Below are positions 16,688 through 26,365 of a stretch of 43,003 nucleotides of DNA, one piece after another. Source of the DNA: a virus (Duplodnaviria; Heunggongvirae; Uroviricota; Caudoviricetes); IMG/VR virus record IMGVR_UViG_641522624_000003. The stretch is one strand, 5' to 3'. The translations under genes were made by a program, and so were the position numbers. Every line of letters begins with the position of its first letter. Position 1 is the first letter of the stretch. The notes under the pieces were generated by a model. The model worked only from the letters and a program-made list of their open reading frames with translations. It was not told where the DNA came from and did not search any database.

Positions 16688-16759
16688 TTATGAATGATCG
16701 CTTTTTTTGCAAAATTGCTGTGCAGAAATACTAACCTTCGGGCAGGCGATCATTCATAA
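16688..16759. repeat. Perfect 14-bp inverted repeat (TTATGAATGATCGC / GCGATCATTCATAA) separated by 44 nt
   Basis: Read directly; lies in the ORF-free region between the tRNAs and the holin gene. Confidence 0.5.
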
Positions 16760-16833
16760 GCACTCTGCTTTTATTCCGATTAACTGTGGGTGGTTTGTTG
16801 GATAGAGTGCTTCCCTTACTGTATATATCGTTT

Positions 16834-16858
16834 CGCCCGCTTTTGCGGGTTTTTCTTT
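16834..16858 (+). terminator. Rho-independent terminator-like hairpin upstream of the holin gene
   Basis: CCCGC-TTTT-GCGGG followed by TTTTTCTTTT. Confidence 0.5.
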
Positions 16859-16919
16859 TCAAATCCCTTTCATTTCTCAGTGTAAAACTACGCCATCCGT
16901 TATTTGCGGAGGTGAGGCT

Positions 16920-17135
16920 ATGAAATCCATGGACAAAATTTCAACGGGCATTGCCTACGGCACCTCCGCAGGCAGTGCTGGCTACTGGTTTTTACAGTGG
17001 CTTGATCAGGTCAGTCCGTCACAGTGGGCTGCGATTGGTGTACTGGGGAGTCTGGTTCTGGGCTTCCTGACTTATCTGACAAATCTGTACTTCAAAATCA
17101 GAGAAGACAAGCGTAAGGCTGCACGGGGAGAGTAA
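16920..17135 (+). CDS. Holin (class II, S21/EssD-like)
   Basis: 71-aa [30 protein letters not shown]... with two TM segments and a charged C-terminus, recalled as S21-type holin; GGAGG SD 7 nt upstream. Confidence 0.8.
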   Translation: MKSMDKISTGIAYGTSAGSAGYWFLQWLDQVSPSQWAAIGVLGSLVLGFLTYLTNLYFKIREDKRKAARGE

Positions 17136-17139
17136 TTCA

Positions 17140-17490
17140 ATGACTCAAAACTATGAACTGATTGTGAAAGGGATCCGCAATTTTGAGAATAAAGTTACGG
17201 TAACTTTAGCGTTACGGGACAAAAAACGCTTTGACGGCGAAATTTTTGACCTGGACATCTCGCTGGACCGTGTTGAAGGTGCCGCGCTGGAGTTTTATGA
17301 GGCAGCAGCCAGAAGGAGCATCAGACAGGTCTTCCTGGATGTTGCTGCCGGGTTATGTGAAGGGGATGAGCAGTCGCCGGAAAAGCGCCCCGTAATTTTA
17401 GAGGCGCAGAATGTGTGGATAACCTACAAAGGAAAGCTACCAGGAAGAATTACTGGTTCTCTGAAGACTCCTCCGGAATCACAACCTTAA
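17140..17490 (+). CDS. YdfR-like protein of unknown function, embedded between holin and endolysin
   Basis: 116-aa ORF starting 5 nt after the holin stop; arrangement recalled from Qin (essQ-ydfR-rrrQ). Confidence 0.4.
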   Translation: MTQNYELIVKGIRNFENKVTVTLALRDKKRFDGEIFDLDISLDRVEGAALEFYEAAARRSIRQVFLDVAAGLCEGDEQSPEKRPVILEAQNVWITYKGKLPGRITGSLKTPPESQP

Positions 17491-17553
17491 GTCACTGACC
17501 GGAACAGATAAACCTGTCCGTGGGCAGAAACCGATAAATCCTGATAAATATCC

Positions 17554-18087
17554 ATGAACGCAATAATCAGATACGGCCTGTCGGCTGCCGTTCTGGCACT
17601 GATTGCCGTCGGTGCGCCCGCGCCTGATATTCTCGACCAGTTTCTGGATGAAAAAGAAGGTAACCACACAACGGCATACCGCGATGGTTCCGGCATCTGG
17701 ACCATCTGTCGGGGTGCCACGATGGTGGATGGAAAACCCGTTTTTCCCGGTATGAAACTGTCGAAGGAAAAATGCGACCAGGTCAACGCCATTGAGCGTG
17801 ATAAGGCGCTGGCATGGGTGGAGCGCAATATTAAAGTACCACTGACCGAACCACAAAAAGCGGGTATCGCGTCATTTTGTCCCTATAACATTGGCCCCGG
17901 TAAGTGTTTTCCATCGACGTTTTATAAGCGGCTGAATGCTGGTGATCGTAAGGGCGCATGCGAGGCGATTCGCTGGTGGATAAAAGATGGTGGGCGCGAT
18001 TGCCGCATACGTTCAAATAACTGCTATGGACAGGTTATTCGTCGTGACCAGGAAAGCGCATTAGCCTGTTGGGGAATAGATCAGTGA
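17554..18087 (+). CDS. SAR endolysin (phage lysozyme, T4-lysozyme-like fold)
   Basis: 177-aa ORF with N-terminal signal-anchor-release-like hydrophobic segment ([16 protein letters not shown]) and catalytic E..D..T triad region [20 protein letters not shown]. Confidence 0.8.
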   Translation: MNAIIRYGLSAAVLALIAVGAPAPDILDQFLDEKEGNHTTAYRDGSGIWTICRGATMVDGKPVFPGMKLSKEKCDQVNAIERDKALAWVERNIKVPLTEPQKAGIASFCPYNIGPGKCFPSTFYKRLNAGDRKGACEAIRWWIKDGGRDCRIRSNNCYGQVIRRDQESALACWGIDQ

Positions 18088-18551
18088 GCAGAGTCGCCGC
18101 GATTATTTATGCTCTGGTTATCTGCATCATCGTCTGCCTGTCGTGGGCGGTCAATCATTACCGTGATAACGCCATCACCTACAAAGAACAGCGTGATAAA
18201 AAAGTCAGTGAGCTGAAGCAGCTGACCGCCACCATCGCTGACATGCAGCAGCGTCAGCGTGATGTTGCTGCGCTCGATGCAAAGTACTCGAGAGAATTAG
18301 CCAATGCGAAAGCTGAAAATGAAACTCTGCGCGCTGATGTTGCCGCTGGTCGTAAGCGCCTGCGGGTCAATGCCAGTTGCTCCGCAGCCGTGCGTGAAGC
18401 CACCGGACCCACCAGCGTGGATAATGCAACCAGCCCCAGACTGGCAGACACCGCTGAACGGGATTATTTCACCCTCAGAGAGCGGCTGATGACGATGCAG
18501 ATGCAACTGGAAGGGGCACAGGAGTATATCCGCACTCAGTGCATTAAGTAG
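18069..18551 (+). CDS. rz: Spanin inner-membrane subunit Rz
   Basis: 160-aa ORF overlapping the endolysin 3' end; N-terminal TM helix then coiled-coil-like region; Rz1-like ORF embedded in another frame. Confidence 0.7.
   Translation: MGNRSVSRVAAIIYALVICIIVCLSWAVNHYRDNAITYKEQRDKKVSELKQLTATIADMQQRQRDVAALDAKYSRELANAKAENETLRADVAAGRKRLRVNASCSAAVREATGPTSVDNATSPRLADTAERDYFTLRERLMTMQMQLEGAQEYIRTQCIK
18304..18489 (+). CDS. rz1: Spanin outer-membrane lipoprotein subunit Rz1 (embedded in rz)
   Basis: Lipobox LVVSAC then Pro-rich mature peptide ([24 protein letters not shown]), entirely inside rz in a different frame. Confidence 0.7.
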   Translation: MRKLKMKLCALMLPLVVSACGSMPVAPQPCVKPPDPPAWIMQPAPDWQTPLNGIISPSESG

Positions 18552-18593
18552 CCTTTTTATCGTGGTAAACATTTCGCAGGGTATGAGGTATTT

Positions 18594-18944
18594 ATGCCAT
18601 CACGAATCCCACGCGCCTGCCGTAAGCGTGGATGTGCAGGTACAACCACAGACAGTTCTGGTTACTGCGATAAACATCGTGGCGAAGGATGGGTACAGCA
18701 TCAACGCGGACTGAGCCGCCACCAGCGTGGCTATGGCTCGAAATGGGATGCCATACGTGCGCGCATACTGAAGCGTGATAATCATCTGTGTCAGAACTGC
18801 CTGCGCAATGGGAGAGCCGTTGAAGCCAGAACTGTGGACCACATCATTCCGAAAGCTCATGGTGGCACGGATGCAGACAGTAACCTGCAGAGTCTGTGCT
18901 GGCCCTGTCATAAAGCAAAAACAGCGCGCGAACGCATCAATTGA
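18594..18944 (+). CDS. HNH endonuclease (terminase-associated)
   Basis: 116-aa ORF with HNH/zinc-finger motif (CQNCLRNG...DHIIPKAHGG...NLQSLCWPCH) immediately upstream of the terminase genes. Confidence 0.8.
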   Translation: MPSRIPRACRKRGCAGTTTDSSGYCDKHRGEGWVQHQRGLSRHQRGYGSKWDAIRARILKRDNHLCQNCLRNGRAVEARTVDHIIPKAHGGTDADSNLQSLCWPCHKAKTARERIN

Positions 18945-19092
18945 TAACAGTTCCCATCTGTAGGGGAGGGGCGGGTCAAATCTCTGCAACCCTGGCTGCT
19001 CAGTACCGCCGCCTGACCCTTCCTCACATCGCCGCAGGTTCGAAAACTTTTTTTTGGAAATGTGAACAAACGATTGATAGGTAAGACCGATT

Positions 19093-19575
19093 ATGTCAGG
19101 ACCTCCGAAAACCCCGCCACGCCTGCATTTGATTCGAGGCAACCCCTCAAAGCGCCCCGTTAAAGACCACAAAAAAACCGCTAAAAAGGATGAAAAAGGT
19201 CTTCCTAAAATTCCGCAGCATTTAGGGGCTCAGGGGAAGTACTGGTTCAGGCGAATGGCGGAAGAGCTGAATGCGGAAGGGATCATTTCTCAGCTTGATG
19301 CGCGTGCGCTCGAGTTGCTGGTGGAAGCCTACACCGAATATCGGCATCACTGCGAAACACTCGATGTTGAGGGGTATACCTACCGCACGGAAACGCAGAG
19401 CGGTGATGTACTGATTAAGGCGCACCCCGCGGCGGCAATGAAAGCGGATGCCTGGAAGCGGATCCGGGCAATGCTTGCAGAGTTTGGTATGTCACCGGCA
19501 AGCCGGGCTAAAGTAAATATCGCCGGACCGGATGATGTTGATCCGCTGGCGGAGCTTTTAAAAGCGAGAGACTGA
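19093..19575 (+). CDS. Terminase small subunit
   Basis: 160-aa ORF directly upstream of and overlapping the terminase large subunit; basic N-terminus. Confidence 0.7.
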   Translation: MSGPPKTPPRLHLIRGNPSKRPVKDHKKTAKKDEKGLPKIPQHLGAQGKYWFRRMAEELNAEGIISQLDARALELLVEAYTEYRHHCETLDVEGYTYRTETQSGDVLIKAHPAAAMKADAWKRIRAMLAEFGMSPASRAKVNIAGPDDVDPLAELLKARD

Positions 19576-21332
19576 TGGCAAAAGTGGCTGACGGGATCCG
19601 CTACGCCGAACGTGTTGTTGCAGGAGAAATTGTTGCTGGCGAATTTGTCCGCCTGGCCTGCCAGCGTTTTCTTGATGATCTGAAGTACGGCGAAGAGCGG
19701 GGGATTTATTTCAGTGAACCCCGTGCGCAGCACATCCTGAATTTCTACAAATTTGTGCCTCATGTAAAAGGGGCGCTGGCAGGCCAGCCCATTGAGTTGA
19801 TGGACTGGCATGTATTTATCCTCATTAATATTTTTGGTTTTGTCATTCCGCTGGTCAATGAAGAGACCGGGGAAGTTGTCATGCGCAGCGATGGCAGCGG
19901 ACGTCCGGTGATGGTGCGCCGGTTCCGGACGGCGTACAACGAAGTCGCCCGTAAAAACGCAAAATCAACTCTGTCATCGGGTATCGGCCTGTATATGACG
20001 GGGGCAGATGGTGAAGGCGGAGCTGAGGTGTATTCAGCCGCAACCACGCGTGACCAGGCCAGAATCGTGTTTGAAGACGCCAAAAATATGGTCAGAAAAG
20101 CCCGGTCGACACTCGGGCGGTTGTTTGATTTCAACAAGCTGGCGATTTACCAGGAGCAGAGCGCATCAAAATTTGAACCGCTTTCTTCGGATGCAAACAA
20201 CCTGGATGGTCTGAACATCCACTGCGCCATTATTGATGAGCTGCATGCACATAAAACTCGTGACGTGTGGGACGTTCTGGAAACGGCAACCGGTGCCCGT
20301 CTGCAGTCCCTTTTATTTGGTATCACCACGGCAGGGTTTAACAAGGAAGGGATTTGTTACGAGCAGCGTGATTACGCCATCAAGGTATTGCGTGGCTATA
20401 ACAGCGACGTGGAGGGCGCGGTAAAAGACGACTCCTACTTTGCGATTATTTACACCCTCGATGAGGGAGATGATCCGTTTGATGAAACGGTCTGGCAGAA
20501 AGCGAATCCCGGCCTGGGCATCTGTAAACGCTGGGATGATCTGCGTCGCCTGGCGAAAAAAGCGAAAGAACAGGTCTCTGCGCGGGTGAATTTTTTTACC
20601 AAACACATGAATGTGTGGGTAACAGCAGAGTCTGCCTGGATGGACATGATTAAGTGGGATAAGTGCGAATACATTGCCCCACGACATGAGCTGAAAACGT
20701 ATCCCATGTGGGTCGGCGTTGACCTTGCTCATAAGATTGATATCTGTGCGGCGGCAAAACTCTGGCGAACGGATAACGGGCATGTTCATGCCGATTTTAA
20801 ATTCTGGCTTCCGGAAGGACGGCTGGAACGATGCTCGCGGCAGCAGGCAGAACTTTACCGGAAGTGGGCGGAGATGGATAAGCTGATTCTGACGGATGGT
20901 GATGTTATCGATCATGCTCAGATAAAAAGTGACTTACTGGAATGGATTGGTGGTGAAAACCTCAGGGAACTGGGATTTGACCCGTGGAGCGCGATGCAGT
21001 TCAGCCTGGCACTGGCTGAAGAAGGGATACCGCTGGTGGAGGTTCCGCAGACGGTTCGCAATCTGTCAGAGGCCATGAAGGAAACGGAATCACTGGTCTA
21101 TGCCGGGCGTTTCCATCACAGCAATCATCCGGTCATGAACTGGATGATGTCTAACGTTACGGTAAAACCGGACAAAAACGACAATATCTTCCCGAATAAA
21201 TCCACGCTGGAAGCCAAAATCGACGGCCCTGTTGCGATGTTTACAGCAATGAGCCGGATGCTGGTCAATGGTGGTGAACCGGAGCTGGATCTGTCTGAAC
21301 ATCTGGTCAGCGTGGGCATCCGCTCGCTTTAA
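19575..21332 (+). CDS. Terminase large subunit
   Basis: 585-aa ORF with ATPase-like N-terminal region and acidic nuclease-like C-terminal region; followed by the portal gene. Confidence 0.8.
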   Translation: MAKVADGIRYAERVVAGEIVAGEFVRLACQRFLDDLKYGEERGIYFSEPRAQHILNFYKFVPHVKGALAGQPIELMDWHVFILINIFGFVIPLVNEETGEVVMRSDGSGRPVMVRRFRTAYNEVARKNAKSTLSSGIGLYMTGADGEGGAEVYSAATTRDQARIVFEDAKNMVRKARSTLGRLFDFNKLAIYQEQSASKFEPLSSDANNLDGLNIHCAIIDELHAHKTRDVWDVLETATGARLQSLLFGITTAGFNKEGICYEQRDYAIKVLRGYNSDVEGAVKDDSYFAIIYTLDEGDDPFDETVWQKANPGLGICKRWDDLRRLAKKAKEQVSARVNFFTKHMNVWVTAESAWMDMIKWDKCEYIAPRHELKTYPMWVGVDLAHKIDICAAAKLWRTDNGHVHADFKFWLPEGRLERCSRQQAELYRKWAEMDKLILTDGDVIDHAQIKSDLLEWIGGENLRELGFDPWSAMQFSLALAEEGIPLVEVPQTVRNLSEAMKETESLVYAGRFHHSNHPVMNWMMSNVTVKPDKNDNIFPNKSTLEAKIDGPVAMFTAMSRMLVNGGEPELDLSEHLVSVGIRSL

Positions 21333-21343
21333 CCGAGGTCATT

Positions 21344-21526
21344 ATGTTTCTGATAATTCTCGCGCCACTGGTGGGCGTGCTGGGGGCGCTTTTGCTGGCG
21401 TATGGTGCCTGGCTGATTTATCCCCCGGCGGGTTTTGTTGTTGCCGGGGTGCTGTGCCTGTTCTGGTCGTGGCTGGTGGCGCGATATCTCGACCGTACAC
21501 AGCCGTCTGTCGGCGGAGGTAAATAG
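21344..21526 (+). CDS. Small membrane protein (60 aa, two predicted TM helices)
   Basis: Track ORF between terminase and portal: [48 protein letters not shown]. Confidence 0.4.
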   Translation: MFLIILAPLVGVLGALLLAYGAWLIYPPAGFVVAGVLCLFWSWLVARYLDRTQPSVGGGK

Positions 21527-22767
21527 TGTTCTTTTCGGGATTATTTCAACGAAAAAGTGATGCGCCGGTGACCACGCCAGCAGAGCTGGCGGATGCCATC
21601 GGGTTGTCTTACGACACCTATACCGGAAAGCAGATCAGCAGTCAGCGGGCCATGCGACTGACGGCGGTTTTTTCCTGCGTCAGAGTGCTGGCAGAGTCGG
21701 TCGGGATGTTGCCCTGCAATCTGTATCACCTGAACGGCAGCCTGAAACAGAGGGCCACCGGCGAACGTCTGCATAAGCTGATCTCCACGCATCCCAATGG
21801 CTATATGACGCCGCAGGAGTTCTGGGAGCTGGTGGTCACCTGTCTGTGCCTGAGGGGAAACTTTTACGCCTACAAAGTGAAAGCATTTGGCGAAGTGGCT
21901 GAACTGCTGCCCGTCGATCCCGGTTGTGTGGTACCGAAGCTTAACAGTCGCTGGGAGCCGGTCTATCAGGTCACATTCCCGGACGGTTCCACGGATGTAC
22001 TGAGCCAGGAAGATATCTGGCATGTGCGCACGCTGACGCTGGACGGTCTGGTGGGACTGAATCCCATCGCCTATGCCCGCGAGGCAATATCGCTGGCAGC
22101 AGCGACCGAAGAGCACGGGGCCAGACTGTTCAGCAATGGTGCGGTGACGTCCGGTGTGTTGCGTACAGAACAGACGCTGTCGGATCAGGCTTATGAGCGC
22201 CTGAAGAAAGATTTTGAGGAGCGTCACACCGGGCTTGGCAATGCTCACCGCCCGATGATCCTTGAGATGGGGCTGGACTGGAAGTCGATGGCGCTGAACG
22301 CCGAGGACAGCCAGTTCCTGGAAACCCGCAAGTTTCAGCTTGAAGAAATCTGTCGTCTGTTCCGGGTGCCGTTGCACATGGTGCAGAACACCGATCGCGC
22401 CACCTTCAACAATATCGAAGAGCTGGGGCTGGGATTTATCAACTATTCACTGGTGCCGTATCTGACCCGCATCGAACAGCGGATCAACACCGGACTGGTA
22501 CGAAAAAGTAAGCAGGGCGTTTATTACGCCAAATTTAACGCCGGGGCGTTACTGCGCGGGGATATGAAGTCCCGTTTTGAAGCCTACGCCACCGGGATCA
22601 ACTGGGGAATTTACTCTCCCAATGACTGCCGCGACCTGGAAGATATGAATCCGCGTCCCGGTGGGGATGTCTATCTCACACCGATGAACATGACCACGAA
22701 ACCCTCCGATGGCAGTAAAGCCGGTAAGCAGAAGGATAACGCCAATGCAGACGAAACAACGTCTTGA
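21526..22767 (+). CDS. Portal protein (HK97-like)
   Basis: 413-aa ORF between terminase and prohead protease; size and order consistent with an HK97-type portal. Confidence 0.75.
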   Translation: MFFSGLFQRKSDAPVTTPAELADAIGLSYDTYTGKQISSQRAMRLTAVFSCVRVLAESVGMLPCNLYHLNGSLKQRATGERLHKLISTHPNGYMTPQEFWELVVTCLCLRGNFYAYKVKAFGEVAELLPVDPGCVVPKLNSRWEPVYQVTFPDGSTDVLSQEDIWHVRTLTLDGLVGLNPIAYAREAISLAAATEEHGARLFSNGAVTSGVLRTEQTLSDQAYERLKKDFEERHTGLGNAHRPMILEMGLDWKSMALNAEDSQFLETRKFQLEEICRLFRVPLHMVQNTDRATFNNIEELGLGFINYSLVPYLTRIEQRINTGLVRKSKQGVYYAKFNAGALLRGDMKSRFEAYATGINWGIYSPNDCRDLEDMNPRPGGDVYLTPMNMTTKPSDGSKAGKQKDNANADETTS

Positions 22768-23395
22768 TGTACCGCTGAGTCTGAAATCTGTCAGTGACTC
22801 CGGTGAGTTTGAAGGGTATGGCTCCGTCTTTGGTGTAAAGGACAGCCACGATGATGTGGTGATGTCCGGGGCATTTGCTGCTTCCCTGCGGGCGTGGAGT
22901 GACAGAAAAGCGTTACCTGCGCTGCTCTGGCAGCACCGCATGGATGAACCCATCGGTGTTTACACCGAAATGAAGGAAGACGATGTCGGGCTTTACGTCA
23001 GGGGACGGTTGCTTATTGATGATGATCCCCTCGCAAAACGCGCACATGCACACATGAAGGCCGGTTCGTTAACCGGCCTTTCTATTGGGTACGTCCTGAA
23101 AGACTGGGAATACGACCGGAGCAAAGAAGCCTTTCTGCTGAAAGAAATCGACCTCTGGGAAGTCAGCCTGGTGACGTTCCCGTCTAACGACGAGGCGCGG
23201 ATCAGCGACGTCAAGAACGCACTGGCCCGCGGGGAAATCCCCGAACAGAAAAAAATCGAAAGAGTCCTGCGTGATGTCGGACTCTCCCGTACCCAGGCCA
23301 AAGCATTCATGGCCGGGGGCTATGGCGCACTGTCCCTGCGCGACGCTGAGGATGTGGGCTCTGCACTGAATGCACTGAAAAATCTGAACTTCTAA
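22745..23395 (+). CDS. Prohead protease (HK97/U35-like)
   Basis: Track ORF 22709..23395, start chosen at MQTKQRL; lies between portal and major capsid genes. Confidence 0.7.
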   Translation: MQTKQRLDVPLSLKSVSDSGEFEGYGSVFGVKDSHDDVVMSGAFAASLRAWSDRKALPALLWQHRMDEPIGVYTEMKEDDVGLYVRGRLLIDDDPLAKRAHAHMKAGSLTGLSIGYVLKDWEYDRSKEAFLLKEIDLWEVSLVTFPSNDEARISDVKNALARGEIPEQKKIERVLRDVGLSRTQAKAFMAGGYGALSLRDAEDVGSALNALKNLNF

Positions 23396-23409
23396 TCAGG
23401 AGAAATACG

Positions 23410-24615
23410 ATGGCGGTTGATATTAAAGATGTCGAACAGGTCGCGCAGGAGCTGCAGCAGAAGTTTGACGACTTCAAAGCAAAGAACGACAAGCGCGTGG
23501 ATGCGATTGAGCAGGAAAAAGGCAAACTTGCCGGGCAGGTGGAAACCCTGAACGGGAAACTCAGCGAGCTGGAAAACCTCAAAAGCGATCTTGAAAAAGA
23601 GCTGCTTGAGCTGAAACGTCCGGCAGGTGGTGCGCAAAATAAACTGGCCACCGAGCATAAAGAAGCGTTTGTGGGCTTCCTGCGTAAAGGCCGTGAAGAT
23701 GGTCTGCGCGATCTGGAGCGCAAGGCATTACAGGTGGGCACCGATGAAGACGGCGGCTATGCCGTGCCGGAAGCACTGGATCGCAACATTCTCACCCTGC
23801 TGAAAGATGAAGTGGTGATGCGCCAGGAAGCCACGGTGATCAGCGTTGGTGGTTCCGACTACAAAAAACTGGTGAATCTGGGCGGCACGGCTTCCGGATG
23901 GGTTGGCGAGACTGACGCGCGCTCCCAGACTGCCACCTCAAAACTGGGCCTGATTGAACCTTTCATGGGGGAAATCTACGGTAACCCGCAGGCCACCCAG
24001 AAAATGCTGGATGATGCCTTTTTCAACGTGGAAGCATGGATCAACAGCGAGCTGGCAACCGAATTTGCCGAACAGGAAGAAATTGCCTTTACCACCGGCG
24101 ATGGTACCAAGAAGCCGAAAGGGTTCCTGGCGTATGAGTCCACGGATGAAACAGACAAGGTCCGGGCGTTCGGCAAACTTCAGCATATTGTATCCGGCGA
24201 AGCGACGGCGGTGACCGCAGATGCCATTATCAAACTGATTTACACGCTGCGTAAGGCACACCGCACTGGCGCGAAGTTCATGATGAACAACAACAGTCTG
24301 TTTGCCATCCGTCTGCTGAAAGACAGTGAGGGTAACTATCTGTGGCGTCCGGGGCTGGAGCTGGGGCAGCCGTCCTCTCTGGCGGGTTACGCTATCGCTG
24401 AAAACGAACAGATGCCGGATATTGCCGCTGATGCGAAAGCCATTGCATTTGGTAACTTCAAACGGGGTTACACCATCGTTGACCGTATCGGTACCCGCAT
24501 TCTGCGTGACCCGTACACCAATAAACCGTTTGTCGGTTTTTATACCACCAAGCGCACCGGCGGCATGCTGGTCGATTCGCAGGCCATCAAACTGCTGAAG
24601 ATTGCAGCGGCGTAA
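23410..24615 (+). CDS. Major capsid protein (HK97 fold) with N-terminal coiled-coil delta/scaffold domain
   Basis: 401-aa ORF; N-terminal about 100 aa coiled-coil (EQVAQELQQKFDDFKAKNDKRVDAIEQEKGKLAGQVETLNGKLSELENLK), then capsid-like domain. Confidence 0.8.
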   Translation: MAVDIKDVEQVAQELQQKFDDFKAKNDKRVDAIEQEKGKLAGQVETLNGKLSELENLKSDLEKELLELKRPAGGAQNKLATEHKEAFVGFLRKGREDGLRDLERKALQVGTDEDGGYAVPEALDRNILTLLKDEVVMRQEATVISVGGSDYKKLVNLGGTASGWVGETDARSQTATSKLGLIEPFMGEIYGNPQATQKMLDDAFFNVEAWINSELATEFAEQEEIAFTTGDGTKKPKGFLAYESTDETDKVRAFGKLQHIVSGEATAVTADAIIKLIYTLRKAHRTGAKFMMNNNSLFAIRLLKDSEGNYLWRPGLELGQPSSLAGYAIAENEQMPDIAADAKAIAFGNFKRGYTIVDRIGTRILRDPYTNKPFVGFYTTKRTGGMLVDSQAIKLLKIAAA

Positions 24616-24666
24616 TCATTCATGGGGCGCAGAAGTGCGCCCCCTGTTCTGACAGGTGAAAGAATC

Positions 24667-24855
24667 ATGATCCTGAAACAAGATCTGAAATGGTCACCGG
24701 ACGGTATGCGTGTTGAGATTATTCGGGCCGGTGAGTATGAAGATAAAGAATTACCCGAACGGGTACGCGAAATTGCCACTGCAGCTGGGATTGTCTCTGA
24801 TAAGAGAACACCTGTTGCGCGGGGGGCTGATAAGTCTAAAAAACAGCATTCATAG
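24667..24855 (+). CDS. Hypothetical small head-module protein
   Basis: Track ORF 24622..24855; ATG 24667 has an AGGTGA SD. Confidence 0.35.
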   Translation: MILKQDLKWSPDGMRVEIIRAGEYEDKELPERVREIATAAGIVSDKRTPVARGADKSKKQHS

Positions 24856-24866
24856 AGGTTGCCCAA

Positions 24867-25172
24867 ATGATGCCCACTCTGGAAGAGCTTCGTGTTCAGT
24901 GCCGGATTGATGATGACAATGAACAGGAGAATTCTCTTCTTATGATGTATCTGGCTGCTGCCAGGGAAGAGGCTGAAAAGTTTTTAAACCGGACGCTTTA
25001 CGATGAAACTGTTTCTGAGCAGGATACGACCGGGCTTGTAATAACACCTCTGATAAAACTGCGTCTTATGCAACTGGTTGGCTACTGGTACGAGAACAGG
25101 GAAATGCAGGATGCAGTGCCTGATTTTTTCTATACCGGACTGCGGATGTATCGATTTCATCCCGGAACATAG
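24867..25172 (+). CDS. Head-tail connector (gp6-like)
   Basis: 101-aa ORF with pattern LEELRVQCRIDDDNEQENSLLMMYLAAAREEAEKFLNRTL typical of gp6-like connector proteins. Confidence 0.6.
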   Translation: MMPTLEELRVQCRIDDDNEQENSLLMMYLAAAREEAEKFLNRTLYDETVSEQDTTGLVITPLIKLRLMQLVGYWYENREMQDAVPDFFYTGLRMYRFHPGT

Positions 25173-25180
25173 GAGGATTC

Positions 25181-25519
25181 ATGCAGGCAGGAAGATTACG
25201 TGATCGTGTGGTTATTCTGAATGCCACCACCGTTCGGTCTCCGTCAGGGCACCCTGTGGAAACAATGACGGAGGGGGCAACCATATGGGCAGAAGTTAAG
25301 GGGATCAGTGGCAGGGAGAGAATATCCGGAGGCGCAGAAACTGCTCAGGCTACAGTGAGGGTCTGGATGAGATTCCGGCGAGATGTAACAGCAACTTCAT
25401 GTCTGAAAGTGCTGACTGGTGCATTCAAAGGCGCGATTCTGAGTATAGACGGTCCGCCGATACCGGATGCTCGTGCCACACGGCTTGAGATACTCTGTTC
25501 TCAGAAGGGGAATGTGTGA
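25181..25519 (+). CDS. Head closure / head-tail joining protein
   Basis: 112-aa ORF directly after the connector gene; position-based call. Confidence 0.55.
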   Translation: MQAGRLRDRVVILNATTVRSPSGHPVETMTEGATIWAEVKGISGRERISGGAETAQATVRVWMRFRRDVTATSCLKVLTGAFKGAILSIDGPPIPDARATRLEILCSQKGNV

Positions 25520-25965
25520 TGGATTTCAGTCTTGATTTTTCAGGTCTGGCGGATATTGCACGGGATCTGGAGACGCTCAGCAGGGCAGAAAATAATAAGG
25601 TACTGCGCGATGCCACCCGTGCCGGTGCTGAAGTTATGCGGGATGCAGTTGTTGAACGTGCGCCGGAGCGAACCGGGAAACTGAAGAAAAATGTGGTTGT
25701 TCTCACTCAGCGTTCAAAGCGTCGCGGGGAAATTATCTCGGGTGTCCACATTCGTGGACGGAATCTGCGAACCGGAAACAGTGATAACAGCATGAAAGCC
25801 AGTGATCCCCGAAATGCGTTTTACTGGCGCTTTGTGGAGCTGGGAACGATAAACATGCCCGCGCATCCGTTCATTCGCCCGGCTTTCGATACGACAGAGG
25901 AACTGGCAGCACAGATTGCCATACAGCGAATGAATCAGGCTATTGATGAGGTCTTAAGTAAATGA
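25516..25965 (+). CDS. Tail component (HK97 gp10-like family)
   Basis: 149-aa ORF coupled to neighbours; position and size. Confidence 0.5.
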   Translation: MMDFSLDFSGLADIARDLETLSRAENNKVLRDATRAGAEVMRDAVVERAPERTGKLKKNVVVLTQRSKRRGEIISGVHIRGRNLRTGNSDNSMKASDPRNAFYWRFVELGTINMPAHPFIRPAFDTTEELAAQIAIQRMNQAIDEVLSK

Positions 25966-26306
25966 GAGAGACCACACTGTATTCCCTGCTGTCTCAACTG
26001 GCCGGAGGACAGGTTTATCCTTATGTGGTCCCGCTGACGGAGGGAAAGCCTGCGGTATCTCCGCCATGGCTGGTATTTTCTGTGGTGTCTGACACTGCGT
26101 CTGATGTGCTTGATGGTCAGGCTGAATCCAGAATTACCGTGCAGATCGATGTCTGGGCAACAGTACCTGATGACGCAGATGATATCCGTGAGCAGGCGCT
26201 TGATGCGGTAAGGCAACTTGCACCCTCCGTTATTTCTAAAACTCAGGGTTATGATCCTGATTCCCGTCTGAGCAGAGCCACGCTTGAATTTCAGGTAATA
26301 GCCTGA
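25962..26306 (+). CDS. Tail completion / tail terminator-like protein
   Basis: 114-aa ORF immediately upstream of the major tail gene. Confidence 0.45.
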   Translation: MRETTLYSLLSQLAGGQVYPYVVPLTEGKPAVSPPWLVFSVVSDTASDVLDGQAESRITVQIDVWATVPDDADDIREQALDAVRQLAPSVISKTQGYDPDSRLSRATLEFQVIA

Positions 26307-26327
26307 GGTCGTTAATGATTTTACCCA

Positions 26328-26348
26328 CCCGCCGCTGGCGGGTTTTTT
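26328..26348 (+). terminator. Terminator-like hairpin upstream of the major tail gene
   Basis: CCCGCC-GCT-GGCGGG followed by TTTTTT, 18 nt before the major tail ATG. Confidence 0.45.
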
Positions 26349-26365
26349 ATTTTCAGGAGACGAGT

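Noticed and set aside
16629-16919. Shiga toxin (stxAB) genes downstream of the Q-associated tRNAs
   Set aside because: No ORF of the required size exists between the tRNAs and the holin gene; only inverted repeats and a terminator.
21541-22377. 278-aa minus-strand ORF inside the portal gene
   Set aside because: Antisense to the portal ORF, with no start context and a His/Gln/Arg-rich product.
23307-23741. 144-aa minus-strand ORF overlapping the major capsid gene start
   Set aside because: Antisense to the coiled-coil coding region of the capsid gene; Ser-rich low-complexity product.
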